A stretch of DNA of 62,922 nucleotides, counting the filler, from Conidiobolus incongruus B7586 (lineage: Eukaryota), in NCBI GenBank assembly GCA_000697335.1. It is 8 parts of 8 records of this genome, joined end to end, with 100 filler letters (N's around TTAATTAATTAA, not from the genome) between each part and the next. Parts side by side here need not be neighbours in the genome. Positions count along the whole stretch, not along the records: positions 43,578 to 55,555 come from JNEM01006624.1; positions 55,656 to 62,922 come from JNEM01006625.1; 6 more parts are not named here. One strand, given 5' to 3'. Below, piece after piece: positions 54,001 to 62,922 of the stretch. The translations under genes were made by a program, and so were the position numbers. The notes under the pieces are model-generated. The model saw nothing but the letters and a program-made list of their open reading frames with translations. It searched no databases and was not told the origin of the DNA. The first letter of the stretch is position 1. Each line of letters starts with the position of its first letter.

Positions 54001-56904
54001 AATTTTAATCAAAAAAAATTTTCTTTTTTAAAAATTTATTCAAAAATTGATTGGTTATTGATAAATTAAAATTTTTATATTAATTTATGGCAAAATTTGA
54101 TTAATATTTGTTTTAAAATAATTTAATTTTATTAAAAAAATTTTTGAACCATTTTTTAAATTTTTTTATCAATATATATATGTGTATATATACATTATTC
54201 TCAATAAATTAATATTTAATAGAATTATCATAAAAATATTATTTTTGCTAGATAATAATGTGCCAATTCATTTGAATGATTATTAATTAATATTGCCAAT
54301 TCAGCCTTCTTGACTGATTTTTTTTAAAAATAACTAATATTCAATATTTTAATAATATTACTCAATGACCTAGTTCGTTATATTTGGAGAATATTAAAGG
54401 AAAATAACTATGGTAATTTGAAAGTTAAAGCTAATATATAAATTAATATCACTGTATTTTTGAATTTTAAAAAGTGTTAAAATAAATCAATTTATAATAT
54501 TTTAGATATTTTTTTATTTGATTTAAATAAAGTAAAATGATTTTTTAAAAATTTTTATAATTTATTCTATTTTTAAATTTATATAAAATATTAGAAATAT
54601 TTTTATTTATATTAAATTTAAAATTATTTTATTTATAAGATACGGTTAATAATTAGTTCAAGTTTATAAACAAGTATTTAGATTTTCATGAATACGATTA
54701 TTCTCTATTATTAAGAATTTTCAATTATACTAGGGCGATTGTTACCTTGAATTCATTCAAACTATTAAAACTCATATTATTCATATCACAAAAAATTAAT
54801 AGAATTAAATGAATTATAATTATATGGTATTGATATTAGTAAAATTTAAATTTATTTATTGTATTAATGAAGCGTATCTTTTGTATATATGAGATTAGTA
54901 TATTTATTAATTTAATATAATTGTTAATTTTATTCTAATTATTTGTGATTTTCATCTTTTATAAAACATAAATTGCTATAGATCGATTAAAATTTATGGA
55001 ATGGGTTATAATAATATCTTAAAATCTCAATATCTCAATATCTCATTAACTATATTATGTATTTTAGCACATTTGAATAACTTTTTCTTATATTATTGTT
55101 ATTATAAAAATTCTAATTCAATTTGTGATAATTTTAATCTGTTGAATTAATTAACAAAAGCTTTTCTAACCTTGTAATAAAAGAAGCTATACTTTATTAA
55201 ATTATGTAATATAAATAATATTATATTTGAATTATCATATAAAATAAACTATAATATAAATATTAAACTCTAACTTTATTTTTATCAATAATATAATTTA
55301 AACTTTTTAATATTTTAAATTGCTAAAATCAATTTAATTAATCTTTAAAATATTATAATATTCTTTCTTGCAAATCCATTGACATAAGTTATTAATTATG
55401 GTATTAGTTATAAGGTTAAGTAAATAAATTTCTATTTAAAATTATTTCAATTTTTTATAGTTACAAATTAGATTATAAATAAAATCATATTTTTTTTAAA
55501 CTAATAACCATATTTATAAGTTAATTATTTATACATAATATAATATAATTTAAAANNNNNNNNNNNNNNNNNNNNNNNNNNNNNNNNNNNNNNNNNNNNT
55601 TAATTAATTAANNNNNNNNNNNNNNNNNNNNNNNNNNNNNNNNNNNNNNNNNNNNTTAAAGATATTTTATTATAAAATTAAATAGAACTCTAAATGTCAC
55701 TATTAATATTAAATTAAAACTAATTAAAATAAGGCTATTTAATTTAATAAAATAAAAATATATTTTAGTAGATTTAATAAAAAAAATTAAATACTTTAAA
55801 AAATATAAAATTATTTTATAACCATTATTTTAATTTTATTTAAAAATATATATTATCTTTAAATATAAAATATCTTTATAAAATTAATAAGGGAATTAAT
55901 ATTAAAATATATTAAAATATTTTAAACAATAAATTAAAAAAAAACCATTGAATAATATAAGTTAAGTAAATTTAAATTTTTTTAATAAGATAATACCTTT
56001 TATAATAGTATAACTTTTATTATTAAATAATTTAAAAATAATAAGATAATAGTTATAAAGTAGTTTCTTTAATTTTTTAATTTTAACTTAATTAAATACA
56101 TTTATGATTAGTTAAAAAAAGTTACTAAAGTTTTCCCTTTAATAAAAAATTTAAATCAACTTTAAAATATATGTAAGAAGTATAAAACAAAATTAACCTT
56201 TTTTAATATAAGAAGTTAATTGATTATATACCTTATAATCTTAAAATAGTTAAAAAAGCTAAAGATAAATATATTAATTTTTAATTTTTTTATCACTAAA
56301 AACCTACAAATTTATAACTTATCTTAAGTAAAATTTAAAGTTTTATATTTTAATCAATTAATAACTAAATATCATCATTTAATGATGTAAATTATTAATA
56401 AATATAATAGATTTTAATTATTTAATTTAAGTTCATTTTATTAAATATTAATTAAGTTATTAGTAAAAATATAAGTATTTTTGATTTTATGAGTCACTTT
56501 TATAAGTTAGTGTATTATATTTATTTTTATATTATTTTTAATTTAGTTCATAATTCTTCATTATCAAATTATATTATAACATATTAATAGTTTCATATTT
56601 AATAAGTTTTTGATTTATTATTACATAATAAAATTTATATCATAATTTAAAAAAAATTTATCAAAATTAATGAAATTAATTTCTTAATAAATTTTTTTAA
56701 TAATAAATACATTAACTAAGAATAATTAAAATCATAATATATGGATTGAATTTAATATTATAAATATGATATTGATTTTCGTTAAATATTATTTGATATT
56801 TGAAGAGTATTAATTATTAATCAATTAATATAATAATAAATATTAAAGTGTATAATCAAAGATTGATAAATTATATTTAAATTTAAGCTTTTTAAATGCT
56901 TTAT

Positions 56905-57428
56905 AAGATTCGCAACGATCATCAATGTCAGCTATAGTATTTCATCTCCATGGTCAGAGACATAGGTGATTATGTATTATACAAGCTTGGGGGCCATGAA
57001 GACTAGTTGAGTCGCAATGGCTAGATGGCTGGCTTTATTGTACGCAGTTAATTGTAAAATAGACAAATCAGAGCGAATGTGAGCCATGGTGTAAACTTGT
57101 ACAAAGATGAACAAAATAAATAAAGAGAGGAGCCAAACACAATTGTGTTTTATTAATCTAAGAAATGTATTCCATAGAATATATTATAATGGGGCAAGAG
57201 GATAGGTTGAGTGATTTTCAAGTTCTGGAGATAAAAAGAGAAGTTGATTGGTAGAAGTGTATATTTGATTAGTAAAACCAAAAATCGGGCTTCTATGCTA
57301 GAAACTACCAGGGTATTTAAAGTGTATTTAGGGGCCTTTAGTGCCGTGGTTGAACAATGGCGTATCTTTGGGATGGTTCTCAGTACTGGTTGTTTTTTCT
57401 AGTTTAACTGGAGGAATAAGATAAGACA
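56905..57428. mobile_element. Probable solo LTR or LTR fragments
   Basis: ~520-bp GC-elevated, CpG-containing non-coding island in an AT desert, ending AGACA. No TSD identified. Confidence 0.4.
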
Positions 57429-60155
57429 GTTATAATTTGATTTTTAAATACATATAATAAGTTCTAGTTTTAACCAATTGACTCATTTTAGGAAATAATA
57501 ACTATTTATTTTTGAATTTGGCCTAGTATAATATATAGGAATTAGTAGTTTTTGATTAAAGAATACAATATGCATTATTTAATATTGAAAAATATATTTA
57601 TATTGATTGTTATATATCAATAATATCTAAGATATTGTTTTAATATCTGAGTTAATCAAAATAAATGATTTTTTATTTTATTTTATTAATTTTATAGGAG
57701 AGTATTTTATAAGATATACTGATGTTAAAATTATTATTGAAATGGATTAGGTGTTAATATTTATAATTAGTATTAAAATTTATCTAAACTCATATTGTTT
57801 TTAACTTTATTAGTTATATTATATTATAGTTATATAAGTAAAATAAATCTATAATCTTAAAATTATTTTTAGTTTTGTTTATATTTATTAACTTATAAAC
57901 AATTTTTCATTATTTTTTCATTTAATATCAGGTTGCTAATAAAGTAATAGGGCTTTTGAAAACAGATTTCATTTGACAAAATAAATATATTAATTTTAAT
58001 TTTTAAAAAATTATATATAGGTAGAGTATAGATATATATTAATAATACTATGAATTATTAATAATAAATCCAATTAATAAATTAGTACTTGACTTTTTAA
58101 TATATTATGAAATTTAAAATTAATAAAAAATATATAGTAATAATTATAATTATCATATTTTTCAAAATAATTATTTATTATTTTAATAAATAACTAATAT
58201 GAAAATTTATATAATCAATATTTAACAAAATAAGTTTATTATTAAAATTATATTATTTTATAATAATTATCTATTTTTAAATAAATAATTAAAAGTAACT
58301 ATATTTAATATTAAATTAAATAGAATTATATTTTATTAATAAATTTTTATATTCAATTATATTAAGCAAAGGATCTAATATTATTTATAATTATACAAAA
58401 TATTCCAAATAAAAATTATCTATAATATTTGTTGATTATAATTTTTGTCATAATATATTTCAATATACAGTCAATATATTATAATAAAACTATTATGAAT
58501 AATTAAATAATATTGATTTTTTTATTTCATCAAATATTTGGATATAAATATTATTAATATATAATATTATATTATATTTTAATTAATTATTATGGTATTT
58601 AATTAAAAATATTGTGTATATTATGTTCTATATTATATATTAAGAATTAATATATTTAAATAATAAGTTATATTTGAAAATGTTATGAGTATAATTAATA
58701 TATAGTTTATTTTCATTTATAAAAATCAATTATAATCTTATTCATAATTAATTTAGCCACTTACTTAAAATTTTGAATTTTTGAATTCATCCTATCATAA
58801 TCATTGCATTATTGATATATTTCATTAAGAAATTAAATATTAAGTATTATAATCAAATTAGGGCATGTATATTTAGCAATATTCATAAAATGAAAAAGAC
58901 TGAAAAATGAATAATGTGGTTTCAAAAGTTAATTTACTATAATAATGTTTTTCTGTTCATTTTTTTTATAAATTAGGAACTAAAATATTAATTTTACAGA
59001 GTTTCATCAGTCTATTTTCAATTTAAGGGCAGTTTTTAACTATGAAGTTTATTTTTTGATATATAGATAATACACATATAAAAAGTCGAAATTAGAGCTT
59101 TAATTTTTAATAAATTACATTGTCATTATTTTTCAATATCTTGGGACTTTACAGATCCAATAGTTTTACCATAGATCAAAGCCAAAACACCAGTATACGA
59201 TTATACTGTTTTCCATTTCTGAATTCAAATTAAGAATCATTTTCAAAACTCTAATCCTATCATTAATTGTTTAACAAGTATTAATCCATTATTCTGATAA
59301 TTAATACCTAAATTTTGATATTTTATGTTTATTGATTCGATACAGTTTTGTAAAATGAACCTTATAATCAATATGAATTCGCTAAAATTTCTGATATAAA
59401 CGCAATATCCAAAAATAAAACTATCAATTTATTTTTAGTTATTAAGTAATCTAAAATATTTTATTACAGAAATAATTTTATTTTATTAAAACCTGATTAA
59501 TTCAATATTAATCATTAATAAATTTGTTGAGTTTATAAATATCAACAATGATTAATATAAGAACAAATATAAATGTTCATATTGATAAATTTATCATATT
59601 CAGTATTTGTTAAATAAAATCAAATTAAAATATCAAAAAATATAAATTAGTATAGAATAGAGAAAGTATATTACGAAAACCAAGTAATAAAACTAATCAA
59701 ATATTTATGGTATAACACAAGCATTGTCTAAGATTTAATTATATGTAAAAGTAATGTTTAAATGTATTGAGAGAATAAAAATAAGAAATATATATATTCA
59801 GTTGAATACAATTGAGTCAAAATATGAAAGAATCAATAATGATTAGCTTACGAAATGTAAAGATTATATATAAATAACCTTTAATGATCAAAATGATAAT
59901 TGTTTATTTTACAAATATAAATATCAAGTCCTTTCAATTGAGTCTTTTTAAATTACGATTAAAGTTTTATTTTATGGGATTTGGATTATTGTAACATTTT
60001 GTAATATTATTTGATTATTGAACTGAACCAATTATATAAGAAAATTTTTGTTGATTATTAAATTTAATATTTTTTTTAGTAATTCAATTATTATTTTAAT
60101 ACTAAAAATTATTCAATAATAACAAAACATTAAATTTTTTTATATAGTTAAAAAA

Positions 60156-62126
60156 ATGAGCAAAACTAATATTCCAGAAATTTCTAACAACTCTAATTTC
60201 AGCCAGACTGACCCTATACTCAGTATCGATCATTTTCTTGCGAATTTATCTATTGAAACCAGTTTATTCGACGCTACTCAAGACGATTTTCTTTATCCTT
60301 TACAATTAGATACATTTTTAGACCAATATCAAAAAAGAACCAACATTCAAGAATTATTACAATTTCGTGAAGAGGATAACGAATTAGATAAAAATTCCAA
60401 AATTTATTTAGAAAATGTAATTCAATTAAATTCTGATTCGAGTCAAAAAAACTCTTTTAATAATCCAAGTAATTTTATAAATTTTCATTTTTATTTATTT
60501 TTTATTCATTTATTTAAAAATAATTTAAAATTTAATTTTTTTATATAGTTAAAAATATTTCAACTCCTTTAAAGAATATCACTGACGAATTGGAATTGGT
60601 GATGGAAAGTTGTAACAATCCTGAAGAGAGAGCAAAATTATGTCATCAAATGTGTCAAGATTTAGTAATATTGTTAAATATGATATATATAAATATATAT
60701 TAATATATCAAAATTAAATATTAATAACTACGATTAGTTGGAGTCTTCTTTAAAAAGTGAAATTGAAATTTGCAATTTAAAAACCGAAATAGAAAAACTT
60801 GCTAAAGGAAAGGATTTAGGTAAATCTAGATTTTCGAATTATTCAAACTTAATATTTTTAATTTTATTTAGCAAAAGAAGCTATGAAAAAATCCGAAGGA
60901 GCTAGGAATCAACTAATTGATATTGTTAAAGAGTTAAGAAAAGAAAATATACATATTAGAGTAAATTTAACAATCTAAAATTTTTTCAAACTTAATTAAC
61001 ATACATTAATTTTTAGGAGGTATATACTTAATTCGTATAGTTTTCAAGTTTATTATTAAATTTGAAGTTATTAATTATATTTTTATGAATAGGCATATAA
61101 ATCATGCATACAACAGCTCGAACAGCCTCTATCTAAAGATGAATACTTCCAAAAGTAAACAAATACTATTCCATTGATGAATTTCTGTATTTACTTTGAT
61201 ATAACTAGAATGAAAAACGATTTTGAAGCTCTCATAAAGCATTTTAATTCAAGGGGACGACATTTTAACTGTGTTATTAAATCTAAAGAAATTGATATTA
61301 ACATATTAAGAAGAAAACTACGCCAAAAAGAATTATTGTATCATCAAGAAAATGCCAAGGTAAATTTTATTAGTGTTAATAAAATATATTCTCATTTTTA
61401 TTCAATAGGTAAAAGAATTGCAAGAGCTATTGAGTCAATCAACGATTGCGGAATTGGAAACCAGGAAGCAACTAGAGGCGTATATGCTCAAATTTCGAGA
61501 AGTAGAGGAGACGCTATCTAAAAACATGCTACTTCAACAGAATTTTAGATCAGAATTAGATCTGGTATACTTGAATATTTTTACATATTTAAAATTTTAA
61601 TAATCAATATATGCCATAGATTTTAAAGAAGTGTGGGATGTTAGAGAAGGAATCTAAATCCAAATCTAATAATGATTCGTCTCAGAAAAAGCCAAATGAT
61701 TCAAACGAAGATTCGAAATCCAAACTAGATTTAGAGCAATTAGAGAAAAAGTGCTTAAAACTAGAAGATATTATCAAGTCCTTACAAGTATTATAATCTT
61801 CCTTGATTTTGGCAAATGATTAAATTTGTATCATGCTTTTATAGGAACAAAGAGCCAAAGATAGCTTGAATGAAAAACAAAAGGATGAAATGATCTTAGC
61901 CTTAAAGAAACAATTAGCAAACGTAGAGAGTGCTAATGAAAAATGTAGTCATTGTAATGAATGCATTTCTAAAGCGAATTCTGGTTTTATAAATGGATCT
62001 GTAAATGGTAGTAATACAGAAGTTAAATTTGAAAACGGCAATATGAATCAATTAAACCAACAGTCAATGAATCGTAAGATCAAAACCCCCAAATCCCATT
62101 TTCATTCCGATTCTACCAAACGTTAA
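60156..62126 (+). CDS. Taxilin-family coiled-coil protein, multi-exon
   Basis: ELETRKQLEAYMLKFREVEETLSKN...FRSELD...LEKE...KLEDIIKSLQ resembles taxilin E.LR.QL..Y..KF..V..TL..SN..F..F..EM...LEKE...LE.LCR.LQ. Many short GT-AG introns. Confidence 0.7.
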
Positions 62127-62796
62127 TGGATTTGGTAACTTTGCATCATCCAACTCCACTTGCCTGATTAAATTCAAAAATGATTTTGAATATTAAAATA
62201 AAATATTTAGAATTATTATACCTTCATGGCAGTTTTTATAATGCTAATTAATTGTAAGTTAATAGATCTAATCATCAAGTTTAATCAATTCAATATAATA
62301 TTTACATTTCTTATATTAGTTCAATTAATACTAGAGATATCAAATAATTTATCAATGCATTCATCTAGTGTTGTATATTATTATTATACTTAAGTTACAA
62401 TTAGATTCTGAGATATGATCAAAACATCCTATTTGAAGAATAACAATTTTTTTCTCAAAAAATATTACTAAAAAAGTTCAAATTATTGTGAACATCATGA
62501 CAATCAAGAATTTATATTATAATAATTTTGAATCAAATATTTTCGATATATTTAGACTGCCAGTCATATGAAAATATATACTTTAAAATTAAAATTAAGT
62601 ATAATTTCATATTTGATTTATTATATCCTTATATAATAATCTGGTTTAAAATATAGCCTAGGAGTTATTATGATAGTGTTGAAAAATTTTGATTTCAATA
62701 TCTTCTTAAAAATTTAATATAATTAGAATATCTTTATTAAATATTAATATAATTTTATGTAATATATTTATCAATTATAATTATATCAATTTTTTA

Positions 62797-62922
62797 ATAT
62801 TAGTTTAAAAAGAAAAATATAGCAAGTTTTTTAATTTTTGATCTTTCAAACATATTATTAGTTTTGAAAAATTCATTATATAAAATATATATAAAAGAAT
62901 CAATATTTTGAAAATATATATA
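62797..62922 (+). mobile_element. Mariner-family 5' end, truncated by the window edge
   Basis: ttttttaatttttgatctttcaaacatatta is the reverse complement of the subterminal motif at ~275-305 and ~20828-20860. Confidence 0.6.

Overview
Very AT-rich, intron-rich eukaryotic DNA. It is fungal (Mim2, Tgl2-type lipase, fungal-type calmodulin and EB1), probably an early-diverging lineage such as a Conidiobolus-like zoopagomycete; the lineage is inference only. The window is 8 contigs joined by artificial N44-TTAATTAATTAA-N44 linkers. Housekeeping genes: single-C2 protein, Mim2, Tgl2 lipase, RPL20, TMEM184/OSTalpha, calmodulin, BolA, phosphoglucomutase/phosphopentomutase, EB1, ORC3, a Ser-rich protein and a taxilin-like protein, plus tRNA-His(GTG) and tRNA-Thr(AGT). 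The standout is an ORC3 gene whose first exon, spliced in frame, adds ~430 aa carrying eight tandem AT-hook repeats and an acidic tract. This recalls fission-yeast Orc4 but on a different ORC subunit. Much of the apparently empty AT-rich DNA is a transposon graveyard: DD34D mariners, a full-length chromovirus nested in a mariner, and a LINE. These were inactivated almost entirely by C>T/G>A transitions with few or no indels (RIP-like). Short solo LTRs keep their CpGs, and one sits 10 bp upstream of the tRNA-Thr gene.
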